Positions 24,713 to 38,117 of a DNA stretch of 64,000 nucleotides are shown piece after piece; the first letter of the stretch is position 1; each line of letters starts with the position of its first letter. The translations under genes were made by a program, and so were the position numbers. Under the pieces are notes generated by a model. That model searched no databases. It worked only from the letters and a program-made list of their open reading frames with translations, and was not told the origin of the DNA. Source of the DNA: Hypanus sabinus (taxonomy: Eukaryota). Location of the stretch: positions 20,832,001-20,896,000 of the forward strand of contig NC_082725.1 of NCBI RefSeq assembly GCF_030144855.1. Direction: 5' to 3'.

Positions 24713-24790
24713 TTGTATCATCAACAGACAAAGATCATCAAGGACTCCCTTGTAATGTAAATAATGGATTTCCAGCCCTGTCAAATGAGA

Positions 24791-24934
24791 ATAGTGCCTA
24801 AAATTTGTTGATGCTGAACTACTTTTGCTTAACAGCATCATCTTTGTATTGGACAGTTCGAAGGAAGATCTGTAGTAATTCACCATTTTCAATACATTGA
24901 ACATAGTTTTATAAGTGATTATTTATGCAGTTTT
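24791..24934 (+). repeat. Left copy of a ~140-bp direct repeat flanking the L1 (right copy about 30447-30587)
   Basis: atagtgcctaaaat...gatgctgaacta...tgaacatagttttataagtgatta...tgcag occurs on both sides with scattered substitutions and indels. Confidence 0.9.
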
Positions 24935-26945
24935 TTTCCATCCATTAAATTCCATAAAATAATTAAATTAAATTTCACATAGGAAAATACGGAGTTCATG
25001 AGGATACATATTATGAATCGAAAAAAGATAGAATAGTACAAAATGAACTATATTTAAATTTCGGTACCCCATATAATCAAATAAATACATTGAATTATAA
25101 AAGTTTTATTAGTTCAATTATTAAAAAAAAAGAATCTAAACCCACTACCAAGATCGAAGCTGTTTGGTAAAGAAAAGAAAGACCAAAAGAAAACCTTATC
25201 ACATGGTGATTTATGTTAATAGCCAACATCTGTACTTTAATGCCAGATCAATGGTTTTGAAAATAGTTCAGAAAAGGTTCCCACAGTGTTTGGAAGTCTT
25301 GATTAGAATCAGAAATTGAATTTCTCTAAACTTAAGCATGACATAACATAGGTGGAGCAACGTCCTTCCATTTAAGCAACACTACCCTCCTAGCCATGAG
25401 AATAAAGGCCAATACATGCAGATCAGATGACTCCAAAGTTATGCCTCTTTCTCCAAGTACTAAACATGGCAGTCAAAGGATTAGGCTTAAAATTTACTTT
25501 AACAAGTACAGAAAAAGTTTGGAATACTTCCCTCCAGTATTTTTCAAGACTTGGACATGTCCCAAACAAATGAATTGGTGAAGTCTCTCCATTGTTACAC
25601 CTATCACAACAGGGAGATATATCTGCATAAAAACAAGGTAGCTTGTCTTTGGACATGTGAGCCCTGTGGACCACTTCAAATTTTAGGAGGGAGTGGCAAG
25701 CACATAGTGATGAGGTATTAACCGATTTAAAAATTAAATTCCAAGTCTCTTCAGAAATTGAAATCTGTAAATCCTTTAACCAGGCTTTTTTAATTTTGTC
25801 TAAAGGAGCCTCTCTCATTCCCAACAGCATGTCATAAATTTTGGATATTGAGCCATTATGGAAAGGTTTCAGATTAGAAATTACATCTATTAAGTTCTTA
25901 TCAGGACTCATAGGAAACTTGTATAATTGTGATCACAGAAAGTCTCTAATCTGTAGATAGCGAAAAAAGTGGGTATTTGGTAAGTTATATTTAACTGACA
26001 ATTGCCCAAAAGAAGAGAGTCTCCCTCCAACAAACAAATCTTGGAAGTATTTAATTCCCAATCTATCCCATTCTTTAAAAACTACATCGGTCATAGAAGG
26101 TTTTAAAAAACAATTAGAAAATATGGGACTAGAAAGAGAAAATCACAATAAACCAAAATATTTTCTAAATTGTAACCAGATCCTCAAAATATGCTTAACT
26201 ACCAAATTGTCAGTTAATTTATTTAAAGATAAAGGAAGTGAGGATCCAAGAAGAGAGATAATAGAAAATTTCATAACAGAACTAGCTTCCAAAGAGACCC
26301 ATACTGGACAGTCTTCATGATAAATGTAATACGACCAGAACGTAAGATTTCATATATTGGCTGCCCAGTAATCGAACCTAAAATTTGGTAAAGCTAAACC
26401 TCCATTGTGTTTAGCTTTTTGAAAGTGGACTTTGTTTAATTGAGAATGTTTGTTCTTCCATGTATAAGAAGATAGAATTGAATCAAGAGAATCAAAAAAT
26501 GACTTGGGAATAAAAACAGGTAAGGCCTGAAAAAGGTATACAAATTTAGGCAAGATATTCATTTTGATAGAATTAATTTGATTAATCAACGATAGAGTGG
26601 CGACCAATTGGATAGTGCCCTTTTCACATATTTCATTAGGGTAAGAAAATTTTCTTTAAATAGGTGTTTATAATTCTTAGTAATTGTTACACCCAAATAG
26701 GTAAATAGAATTCTTTAGAATTTTAAAAGGAAGGTTAGTATTAATTGGTACCAAATTATTTAAGGGAAAAAGTTCACTCTTATGTAAATTAAATTTTTAT
26801 CCTGAAAACTGGCTGAAGTAGGAGAGTAAAGAAAGCGTAGAAGATAACGAGGCCTCAACATTAGAAATAAAAAGCAATAGATCATCAGCATAAAACAGAA
26901 CTTTGTGGGTAGTACCTTTCCTTAGAATACCAGTGATATCATTAG

Positions 26946-27570
26946 TGTTACATACTCCGTAACGGGTTAAAAGGATCAGCAGAAATGGAACACACCTGGA
27001 GTCTAAGTCTTCTGTTAACAAACACTATTTTATTAGTAGCTACTTAATAAAGTAATATGAAACAAGATAAAGCAAACAGGTTAGCAGAGTTTGTGCATAT
27101 ATAAGTGTGTAAATATAAACCCCAAACTTCTTCAAGCTTTGGTGGTAAATGATACAGTCTTACGATGGTATAGGTATGAAGTCAGTTCAGTTCGTGAAAT
27201 TGAGGAGAGAGAGGTGATTTGTTTTCCAAGTAAGCCGATGCCATCGATTCTTCCACGCTGTCCTCTGAAGTCCTGTTAAAGTCATCGACTGTGACCACAC
27301 AAAAGGGTACTGTCTTCACGTGGTAAAGCTATCAACCCAGGCAAGGGTTAAACACACTGATAGCCTTCCACCAGTCACCCCTTTTCCACATGGCAAGCGA
27401 AACACACCCTTCCTGGGCACTCAAAGCTCATCCAGTGTCTATTTGTTCCGTGTCTCCCGCGTGTCTATCTGAAAAGCCAGCTGACCTTGTATATATCCCA
27501 AACATGCTGAATGCCAGCTGTCCATCATATAGCTCTGCCCTGTCGTAACCATGGCAACTCAGGCTGTTTG

Positions 27571-27625
<55 letters not shown>

Positions 27626-27714
27626 ATCCCCCTCTCCCTCTCCCTCCCCACCCCCCTCCCTCCCTCTTTTTAAAGGCACAGCCCATATTGAATAAACCTT
27701 AGGATCTTGTCACA
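26946..27714. mobile_element. Probable solo LTR nested in the L1
   Basis: TGTTACA...TGTCACA termini and 4-bp TSD TTAG. Removing it restores L1 ORF2 (IAFRESNDITGILR). Contains a (CT)n tract at about 27573-27612. Confidence 0.8.
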
Positions 27715-27863
27715 TTAGATTCTCGAAAAGCAATAGCTAAGTGTTCTAAAGCCAGATCAAAAAGCAAAGGACTTAAGGGACACCCTTGTCTGGTTCCATG
27801 TTGGAGTTTAAATGGATTAGAATTCTGAAAATTAGTAAGCACCCGAGCAGAGGGAGATAAGTA

Positions 27864-28340
27864 CAGGTGGCCCCTTTTTTTTGAACGTTCGCTTTACAAC
27901 AGCTCGCTGTTACGAGAGACATACATTAGTACCTGATTTCGCTAGCCAAAGAGAATTTTCGCTTTTACAAAAAAAAGATGCCCACTTTATACGTGTGTTT
28001 ACCCTGAGAAAGTCTAGCATGACCGTGTATGTGCCAATTTTTTTTCTTGCAAATCGATTTTGGCTCACTGTCTTCCCAATTTTGGTAAGTGAAACTGCAC
28101 TGTACATGCAATATATCTACTTTATATAGGCTGTATATTTATCATATCATTCCTGCTTTTACTATATGTTCCTGTTATTTTAGGTTTTATGGGTTATTTG
28201 GTAGGTGATTTTTTGGGTCTGGAAACACTCAAAATTTTTTCCCATATAAATTAATGGTAATTGCTTCTTCGCTTTACGACATCTCAGCTTACAGACGGTT
28301 TCATAGGAACACTCTACCTTAGGATAGCAGGGGAGACGTG
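27864..28340. mobile_element. Tc1/mariner-pogo (Tigger-like) non-autonomous element nested in the L1
   Basis: TA|caggtggcccc...ggggagacgtg|TA; removing it restores L1 ORF2 (IKLIYLSPSAR). Confidence 0.75.
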
Positions 28341-31300
28341 TAAATTAATTTGATCCAATGAATAAAATCAAGCCCAAAATTAAATTTTTCTGAAGTTTTA
28401 AATAAGTAATTCCATTCAAACTGATCAAAAGCCTTCTCCACATCCAGAGATATGACACATTCCGATATCTCCTTAGAAGGAGAATACATAACATTTAATA
28501 AATGAGATATATTAAAATGGGAATATCGATTTTTAATAAATCCAGTCTGATCATGAGATATGATAGATGGTAAAATATTTTCAAGCCTACGAGCCAAAAC
28601 TTTGGATAGGATTTTAGTATCTACGTTAGGCAAAGAGATTGGTTCATATAAAGAGCTTTCAGTTGGGTTCTTATATTTTTTTAAGAATCAGCGAGATGGA
28701 AGCTTCATAAAAAGACTGTGGCAACCTATGCAAATTAAAGGAATCTGAAAAGATAGAACATAAATTAAGTATAAGCAATGAGGAAGAAGCCTTGTAAAGT
28801 TCTCCAGAAAATCCATCTGGACCTGGAGTCTTCCCAGAATGCAATGAGCATACAGCCTTGGCAATTTCCTCATAAGAAATAGGTTGATCCAACTGCTTTC
28901 AATTAGCAGCAGAAAGTACAGGAGTATTTAATTGGTCTAAAAAATTATTCATTACAGTATTATCTTTAGAAGAGTCAGAACTATGAAGTTCAGAATAAAA
29001 TTCTCTAAAGGTGTCATTTATTTCTGAATGGTCAGTTGTCATATCACCATTGGCTTTACAAATTTCTTTAATTTGCCGTTTAGCTATAAAAGTTTTTAAT
29101 TGGTTAGCCAGTAATTTATCTGTTTTGTCTCCATGAATATAGAATTGATTTTTATCTTTTAAGAGTTGACTTTCAATTGGATACGTTAAAAGAAGATCAT
29201 ATTTAGTTTGGATTTCAACACGTCTTTTGTATAACGCAGGATCTGGAGCCAAGGCGTATTTTTGGTCTAATTGTTTCAACTGATTAGCTAAATCAATTCT
29301 CTCTTTTTTAGCTTTTTTCTTAATACTTGTAGTATAAGAAATAATTGGTCCTCTAATATAAGCTTTGAAAGTCTCTTCCAGCATATTTTCTTCAGAAAAA
29401 AGAATAAATTGTTTCTCCAGAAACTTTAAGAAATCCTTATCAGATAGCGAAGTTGAATTAAAATGCCAAAATCTATTTATTTGAAGGAGACCAGGGAGGT
29501 TTAAAGATAAAATCATAGGGGTATGGTCTGAAACAGCTATCTCTTTATATTCACAGGATCGAACTAAAGGAATCATTTGGCTATCAATAAAAAAAATCAA
29601 TCCTGGAATATGTATGATGGACATGAGAAACAAATGAGTACTCCCTATCTTCTATATGAAAAAATCGCCAGACATCAACAATGCCGCATTTCGTCAAGAA
29701 GGATTGAATGAATAAAGCTGGTTTGTTAAGGGTAGCTGATTTGGAAGATGACCGGTCCAGAACTGGATCTAATTAGCAATTAAAGTCCCCTCCCATCACT
29801 AATGAATAAAGACTCTCTCCGGCAAGAGTGGGAAAAAAAAGCTCAAAGAATCCTGGATCATCTATATTCAGGGCATACAGATTAGCGAATACAATTAATT
29901 TATTATCTAATTTTCCTGACACTATGACAAATCACCCATTAATATCAGACACTACTTTATGTTGAACAAAGGGAACTGTATTATCTATAAAGAGTGAACC
30001 CCCCCCCCCCCGGATTTAGCTCGAAAAGAAGAGTGAAAGTGCAGCTCCCTCCACCAGCTAAAAAGGCGTGAATTGTCACAGTTACATACATGAGTTTCTT
30101 GTAAGAAAATAATTGGGACCTTAAACTTTTTAATATAAGCAAAAATCTTATTCCATTTCATAGGGTGATTTAACCCTTTCATGTTAAGACTAAGTAAATT
30201 AATAGTTCAATCCATTTTTAAAAATATTTAAAAGAGAGGTTAAGAGACTTGCCCATACAAGAATGTATATTAAAACCAGAAATCGAACCTTGAGATAGGG
30301 TAACCAAGCAACAGATTGACTAAGAACCCAGTACAGCTTCCAGAGAACCCCCCCCCCCTCCATTCTCCCAAAATTAGAAAGCGGACCAACAGACAGCCAG
30401 CAAGCTACTGCTAATGATGTCAACCCCCGCCCCCACCCCCCAAAATATAGTGCCTAAAATCTTGATGCTGAACTATTTTTGCTTAACAGCACCCCATCTT
30501 TGTATTGGACAGTTCAAAGAAAGATATGTAGAAATTTACTATTTTCAATATATTGAACATAGTTTTATAAGTGATTATGCAGCTTTTGAATGGAAACATT
30601 TGTAAATTTCACTATCATTCATAATATTAACACGTTCAGCAAATGCTAACAAAAGTAGCACATGTATATTGTTGAAACTAACAGGTTTCTACATAAATAT
30701 TAAAAATCATACTACACTACATTAAACAATATGTAGAACTTTTGACAATTAATATAAAACATTTGTGTACAGTAACTTTAAAATTTGAATGGTGGACTAG
30801 TTAAAAAACACCATAACTGGTACCAATTCAAGTTCAGTTCATAAAATGACCTTTTATAGCTTAAGTGACCCCCAGGTTTTTGAATAAATCTTCACAATTC
30901 TTACAGCACTGCAGACTAGTAAGCCATTAAGTCCATGTCAGTACTCAGAGTAACCTTGTTTGCCCCACATAATATATCTCACATGCCCATCAGCAACACC
31001 CTGATTTCCTTAACACCTGCTGACATTAATGTCAGGCTGTGATTTTGGTGGTTTAATCCCTTAAGTAATTAATTATTTTGTAAATCGCTATGCATTTATA
31101 AGGTCTCAATCCCAGGCATGAGGGAGAGCGTTAAAGAACTGAAGGTCCATCTGGGGTTAGCAAAGAAACAGCTGGTTTATCAGAGCCCTACCACCCTTTT
31201 ACTACTCAGTGCTCATTTGGGATCTAGCAGTGTATTTCATAACCAAAGAGATGCTCTGTTTCACAAATGGAAGAATTTCAATAACTGTTAATATTGCCTT

Positions 31301-32634
31301 CCATCTGTCAGAATGAAGAACCACTGTGACCTGGTACAAACGAATGGAAGGTTTAATGTTGTAGAAAACATCTTGATCAGGAAGACATAAAGGTTTCATA
31401 TGCAGCACAGAAGGCCATTCAGGGAATGCCTCATACAAAAATCATTAAAAGTCATAACCAAAATGTGGTAGATATCCATTTCCATATGCTTGGCTCCGTT
31501 TCCACATCAAAGTAAGAGCATATCAGATTTGGGTAGGGTTTAATGTAGCTTCACAGGAACGATGCCAAAGTTATAAAGCTTATATTCCAAATGTAGAAGA
31601 TCAAAGGCTGACCTAATTGTCAGGTGAGTTTGATAGGGAAAAGATACTCAGTAAATTTCTTGAACAATTGCAGTAAGTCTCACTCTATACAAAATTGAAC
31701 TATTACTCATTTTTTTTATTTATGGCAAATCCAGTTCAAATAATTTTCAAAGATAAGCCAATATACTTGTTTCTTCAAAATCATAAGTTCCCCCCAAGAT
31801 CAATACAAGTACATTTGTGCAATCATCAAGGCATCCTCATTGCTCTCCACATGAAACTTCAACCCTGCCACTTTGCCCCTGAAACCCTCATCCATATCCT
31901 TCCTTCCTCTAAACTTCTGGATATCCTTCCATCTCGTTCCAACTTACAAAACAATTAGAGTAAAAGTCTGCATGCACAAAAATTATGAAAGAAAGTAGAA
32001 GCTGATGGCCAAGCTGCATCTACAGGGAGAGAAAAGACAACAGTGATTAACTTCTCTAAATCTGATGCATTTACAAGATACCATTTTTACTTAAAAATAC
32101 AAATTTGAGGTAATCTAAAATTATTTTGCTCATGCTCAGGGTTTCTTCCAAAGAGTACTGTATCAGGTGATCTACAATATATTTACTTCTGTTCTAACAT
32201 TGCCTCCGTTTAAACATGATTTTTAAAATCTTTTCCATTTATTTCTCCCTGTCACTTCTTACCTTGAAGTGGCACTAGTCCTATAATCCACTATTAAATA
32301 TGTCCCCGCCTAACTGTGATCTCATCAACATGACCCAAATTCCACTTCTCCCTCCCTTTTTTCTCAGAACCTGACTATAGAAACATTCAGTATGATCATG
32401 GCTGTTCATCCAACTCAGAACCCTGTACCTGCTTTCTCTCCATACCCCCTGATCCCTTTAGCCACAAGGGCCATATCTAACTTCCTCTTATGCGTAACTT
32501 TGCTTGATATTATTTCTGCACATTGTGATTTCTCATTCTTTTAAATGTTATTTTGTTACTCTATTATATATATATAAAACCCCAAAAGTAATATGATAAA
32601 GTCGAATTTGAGGAGATATATCGGAATCGGAAGT

Positions 32635-33730
32635 GGAAAACTCCATCCCCTTCTCTCAAATCCTCCATCTCATCAGCTCTCAGGGTGAGGCTTTTCATTC
32701 TAGAACGAAGATGTCCTTTTTCAAAGAAAGGGGCTTCCCTTCCTCCACCAACGCTGCCCTCAACTGCATCTCTTCAATTTCATGCACATCTGTTCTTACC
32801 CCATCCTCCTACCTTGCTACCAGAGATAGGGTTCCTCTTGTCCTCACTTACCACTCCACCGGTCTCCGTGTCCAGCACATAATTCTCCGAAACTTCTGCC
32901 ACCTCCAACTGGATTCCACCACCAAGCACATCTTTTCCTCTGCCCCTACTTTCTGCTTTACGCAGGGATTGCTCCCTTGTCCATTCATCCCTCCCCACTG
33001 ATCTCCCTCCTGGCACTTAGACTTGCAAGTGGAACAAGCGCTACAACTGTCCCTACACTTCCTCCCTCACTACCATTCAGGGTCCTAAACAGTCCTTCCA
33101 GACGAAGCAACACTTCACCTGGTTGGTTTATATACTGTGTTCGGGGCTCCTGGTATGGCCTCTTGTATATCAGTGAGACCCGAACTAGATTGGGAGACTG
33201 CTTCGCTGAGCATCTATGCTCTGCAAGAACAAGCGGGATCTCCCAGTGGCCACCCATTTTAATTCCACTTCCCATTCCCATATGTCCCTCCATGGCCACG
33301 TCCACTGTCCGGATAAGGCCACACTTACCTTATATTCCATCTGGGTAGCCTCCAAACTGATGGCATGAATATCCATTTCTCAAAGTTCCAGTAAAGCCTC
33401 CACCCATCCTTTCACCATTTCCCATCACCTTATCTCTCCTTCATGTTATTTCCTTGCTCGCCCATCGCCTCCCTTTAGTGCTCCATCCTCCTTCTTTCTT
33501 CCATGGCCTTGTGTCTCTTTCACCAATCAATTTACTAACTCTTTGCTTCATCCCTCCCCACCGTTTCACCTAACCCCTGGCTTTCTCTCCCCCTTCCCCC
33601 CCATCTTTCAAATCTACATCTCAACTGTTCTTTCCCCCAGTCCTGCTGAAGGGTTTTGGCCAAAATGCCAACTGTACTTTTTTCCATAGATGCTGCCTGG
33701 CCTGCCGAGTTCCTCCAGCATTTTGTGTGT
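32635..33730 (+). mobile_element. Penelope-like element 3' part (GIY-YIG endonuclease remnant and terminal repeat)
   Basis: FFKERGFPSS, RVPLVLTYH and IYCVRGSWYGLLYISETRTRLGDCFAEHL; terminus ...cctccagcattttgtgtgt. Confidence 0.85.
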
Positions 33731-34339
33731 TGATAGAGTAAAAGTAGTTCAACAGTAAATAGTATATTATTAATCAACCTTCTCAAAGGATAATAATCCT
33801 TCATGTATCACCATCAAGAGAATCCTTTAAACACAGAGCCAAAATTAGTATCGTCTCCACCCCACTTCTTCCCCACCCAAATGTTAATTTTCTAGGTATG
33901 GACTATACTGGAAATGCCAGTATTTATTGTCCATTCCTCAGTGTTCACTGATGTGCCATCTTTTGGAACTGCTGCAATCCCAGGGTGGTATGGTGCAGAA
34001 AGTTCCAGGATTCAGACTCAGCAATAATTAAATAATAGCAAGACAGCAATTCCAAGTCAGAGTGCTATGTGATGGAAACATATGATCGGTAGTGTTCCAA
34101 TATATTCACTTCCTTTGCCCTTGGTGGCTTAAATTAAAGATTTGGAAAGTGCTGTTGGAGTAGCCCATGTGAGCAACTGCGGCGTATTTTGTTAACTGTA
34201 AATAAAATAGTAAATGTACCAGTAGTAGAGGGTTGCTAATTAAAGCAAGTTACTTTCTTCTGGTGCTACTGGGGTTCTTGTATGTAAGAGCCTCCCGTCT
34301 TACATCAATCTCAATTGTGCCATATAGATTTTATTTACT

Positions 34340-34562
34340 TATTTAGAATATAGCACTGTATCTTCTGATGCAGTGAGCCCGCACTGTCCATTTGCACCAA
34401 CGTGACCATTTAACCTACTTACCCATACGTCTTTGGAATGTGGGAGGAAATTGGTGCATCTGGAGGTAATTCACATGATCACAGGGGCAACGTACGAATT
34501 CCTTATGGATAGCTGTGAAACTGAACCTGAGTCACTGGTGCTGCAATAGTGTTACGCTACCA
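34340..34562 (-). mobile_element. Decayed V-SINE/HE1-like SINE
   Basis: cgtctttggaatgtgggaggaaattggtgcatctggaggtaattcacatgatcacagggg resembles the reverse complement of the V-SINE core. Confidence 0.55.
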
Positions 34563-35574
34563 TGGTGGTAAAGCTTTTGGATGTCACTGTTACACCATAA
34601 TATAGCCAGAATCTGAACCGCTCTTGTACTTGGAACATAGACCAATACAGCAGAGGGACATGCCCTTCGCCCTACAATGTTGTACCCAACAAATTCAATT
34701 AGTAATTAAATGACCAACTAGTCTCTTTTGCCTACACAATGTCCATAGCCAAAGTATTTACCTGCTAGTCCAACTGAGGTTCTGATTGCTGGTAACATCC
34801 TGGACATTGATAGTTGGGTACTTGGCAATGATGATGCCATTGAATATCACAGGTAGATTTTAGTCTGTCTTGCTGGAGATGGGAATTGCAAGGCACTTTT
34901 CACTTCTCATCCCTTGGGTGAATGTCGTCTAGGTCTTGATGGAAGGAGACAGACTGCATTTACTGAATAGAATTACATAGTATTCAATCAGCAAATAACC
35001 CACTTCTCAGCCTATGATGAAACTGTTCAGCCTTTGGACTCTGCCCCAATAACTAGGGAACAGCTTGACTGCCCTCCAATATTCTCAACCACTTTCCTCT
35101 ACACAAGATATGTCTCCATTCCCAGGAGTTGTTTCTTCTTGACACCTATTTGCTGCCATACTGTACAGTCACTCTCACCTTACCATGATGGCCAAGTTAT
35201 TTAGTCTATGTTTTGACTAAGACTACGATGAGGTTTGGTGCTATATCTAACAGTCAAAACCCAAAGTGAGCATCATTGAGCAGATTAATGGTGATGCAAT
35301 GCTACTTGACAGTGCGATGATGAATATGTGGTAATTGGAAGATTTATGCATCCTTTTCCTTCCATTCACTTTGTCAGAAGTATGCCAGTTTTGTGACTGT
35401 ACTGGAATAGTTTGGCTGGAGATATAGCTGGTTCATAGGCCCTTAGATTTGTTGAAAGCCACAGAAGTGTTGTTGGCCCCATATCCTGTACACTCAGCTG
35501 TTTCTTTATAACACAATTGAATTGGCCGAAGATTGCCTTCTGTGATGGTGAGGATATCAGAAGATTTCATTTAA

Positions 35575-36280
35575 CCTTGTGACATGGTGTCATGACAATA
35601 ATCTTACCCTCAATGTCAGCAAAATAAAAGAGCTGGGCATTAATTTCAGGAACAGGAGTGGTGTACATTTTCCTGTTTACATCCGTAACGCTGCGGTCGA
35701 GGGGTTTGAGCGCTTCAAGTCCTTGTCCAATCATGCTGACACCACAGCAAAAAAGCTGACTATTTTCTCAGGAGACTTTAGAAATTTGGCACGTCTCTTT
35801 GACCCTCATTAACTTTTAGTTGATGTACCTTAAAAATCATCCTACCCAGATGCATCACAATTTGGTATGGCAACTGCTCTGTGCATGACAGCAAGAAACA
35901 GTGTGGTTTTGGCTCAGCGCATCATGGAAACTAGCCTGCCCTCATGGACTCTGTTCTGTCTACACTTCTCACTGCCTCAGTTAAGCAGTCAGTATAATCA
36001 AAAACCCCACCCACCCCAGAGATTCTCTCTTCTTCCCCCTCACATCAAGATACAAACACCTGAAAACATGTACCACCAGGCAAAGCACATTCTGCTACTG
36101 TAAGACTATTGAATGGTTCCTTACTACTATAGCATGGACTCTTGACCTCCTAATTTAAGATATGAACTTGCACCTTATTGACTACCTGAACTGCACTTTA
36201 TCCTTACTGTAACACTTTATTCTGCAGTACATTATTTTACCTTGTACTAACCTCAAAGCAATATTGTAATGAACTGATTG
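35575..36280 (+). mobile_element. Rex1/L2-like LINE 3' fragment
   Basis: WCHDNNLTLNVSKIKELGINFR (ORF 35579-35812). Confidence 0.7.
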
Positions 36281-36284
36281 ACAT

Positions 36285-37035
36285 TCTATCCTTTGCAAAA
36301 GTCTTGGACTATCTAATGCATCTATGCCTCTCAGTTTTATATACAATTAGGTCTCCCCTCACCCTCTGATGCTCCGGGAAAACAATCCAACTTGTCTAAC
36401 CTCTGCTTCAATGCAGGTAACAGCCCCTTGTGCACCCTTGCTGTAATGCAGCACCTGCACACAATGCTCCAAACCTGCAGCTCCCCCCCCCCCCACCTTT
36501 TTATATCGACATCCTACGGATATGCGATACTCCTTTACCACCCTATCTGCTGGTGTTGCCACTTTCAGGCTGTTATGGATTGGCACCCCCAGATCCTTCT
36601 GTACATCAATACTCCTAAGGATTTATTGTATACCTTCCTCTTAAATTTGATCTCCCAAAGTCCAATGCCTTGCACTTGTCTCGATTAAACTCGATCTGCC
36701 GTTACTCTGCCCACATTTCCAACTGGTCTCTATCCTGCCGAAGCCTTTGACAATCTTCCTCATTATCCACAGCTCTAAGTTTTGTGTTGTCTGCAAACTT
36801 ACTAATTGACCCATCTATGTTTTTGTCCAAATCGTTTATATGCCCCACAAACAGCAACCCAGCTCTAATCACTATAGAACACCACCAGTCACTAAACTCA
36901 ATTTAAAGTAACACCCTGCCACCAAGTCTTCTGTGGCCAAACCCATTTTGAATCCCACTGATCAGCCTTCCACATGGGACCTCATCAAAAGCTTTACTAA
37001 AGACCATGCATACAATATACGCTGCCTAGCCTCAT
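36285..37035 (-). mobile_element. Old CR1 LINE fragment
   Basis: Degenerate RT C-terminal sequence (ISKFADNTK-like at about 36780-36810; FSKAFDEVPC-like at about 36970-37000). Confidence 0.6.
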
Positions 37036-38117
37036 TAATTATGTTCTTGTTAATGTGTAGTGCTAACTCAATTTAGCAAACACGCAGAGGAGAAACTACT
37101 GTGATTTAATGTTAACCGTGTTTCTACATCTGTTGACGTCAGGCTTTTGCTGCTGGATGGTTTTAAAATATGCCAGGAAAACAAGTCTTACAAAGATCAT
37201 TTAATTACAAACTGTATTTTTCCAATACTGTACATTTCCATCACAGATGTAGCCTTAAAAATGGCATCCTTCACCCCAAATACACGAAGAAAAATTTACT
37301 ACCTACATTTCCCAGCATCATTGCAATTGCCATGTCTTAGAATATCATTACAGTGCACACAATCAATGCATTCAATTACTAAAAATAGGATACATAAATA
37401 AAAACAAAAATGCAGGCCAGTATTATTTTACAGACTATCATTTCTGATCATAGATGCTCGAGCATAAGCTAACTTCATTCAACACTGAACTGTACACATT
37501 TGCATTTTGTCTGTTAAAATACATATATACACTTGTGATACAGCCTCTACGTTTCAGATCATGGTTTCCATAGTGGTCAAAACCTCCAACATTTATAAAA
37601 CACAAAGACGAAAGCACATCAGCTAGTTGTCAACATTATTTTATATTAGGAAAATAAAATGGCTGCAGACATTTCACTTTTTGTGGCTTAAGTTTCAGAA
37701 TAAATGGAATGCCAAATGCATATAAACACCTAATTTATGCCACTGAAATCCACATCACCATATATAAAATAAGATACTATTTATTGATAAATAATATGAT
37801 TGAATTAGGAAAAAGGTTTTCATTCTATCCAGTGTACTTCAAATTTTACACCACATCCTTGAGTGAGTCTTTCTTATACAGAAAGCAAAATGTTATGTAC
37901 GTTTTAAGCAGCAAATCACACTGCAGGGAAAAATTTTTGCATCTTGTTTGCACTGTGCTATCCCAACAGATGAAAATTGAGAGATACTTCATAGTCCTTA
38001 ATTTGAACATATTTTCTCAGTCCTTTTAAGCTATGAGTGCTACTAAATGTCAATCTTCACAATCCCATGTATAGGTATCTCATAAACAGCTTGTTAAATT
38101 CTATGATACAATATGCG

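Larger units (their letters stand above)
24938..30446 (-). mobile_element. 5'-truncated L1-clade LINE (near-complete decayed ORF2) in the ASTE1 3' region
   Basis: Endonuclease motifs (GLNHP...FLQETH; SDHTP), RT motifs (PGPDGF, DQTGFIKNR, DVEKAFD, YADD) and C-terminal CDRC...HLFGTC in order on the - strand. Confidence 0.9.

Noticed and set aside
28899-29633. 244-aa ORF as a novel protein
   Set aside because: Part of the L1 ORF2 endonuclease-linker region.
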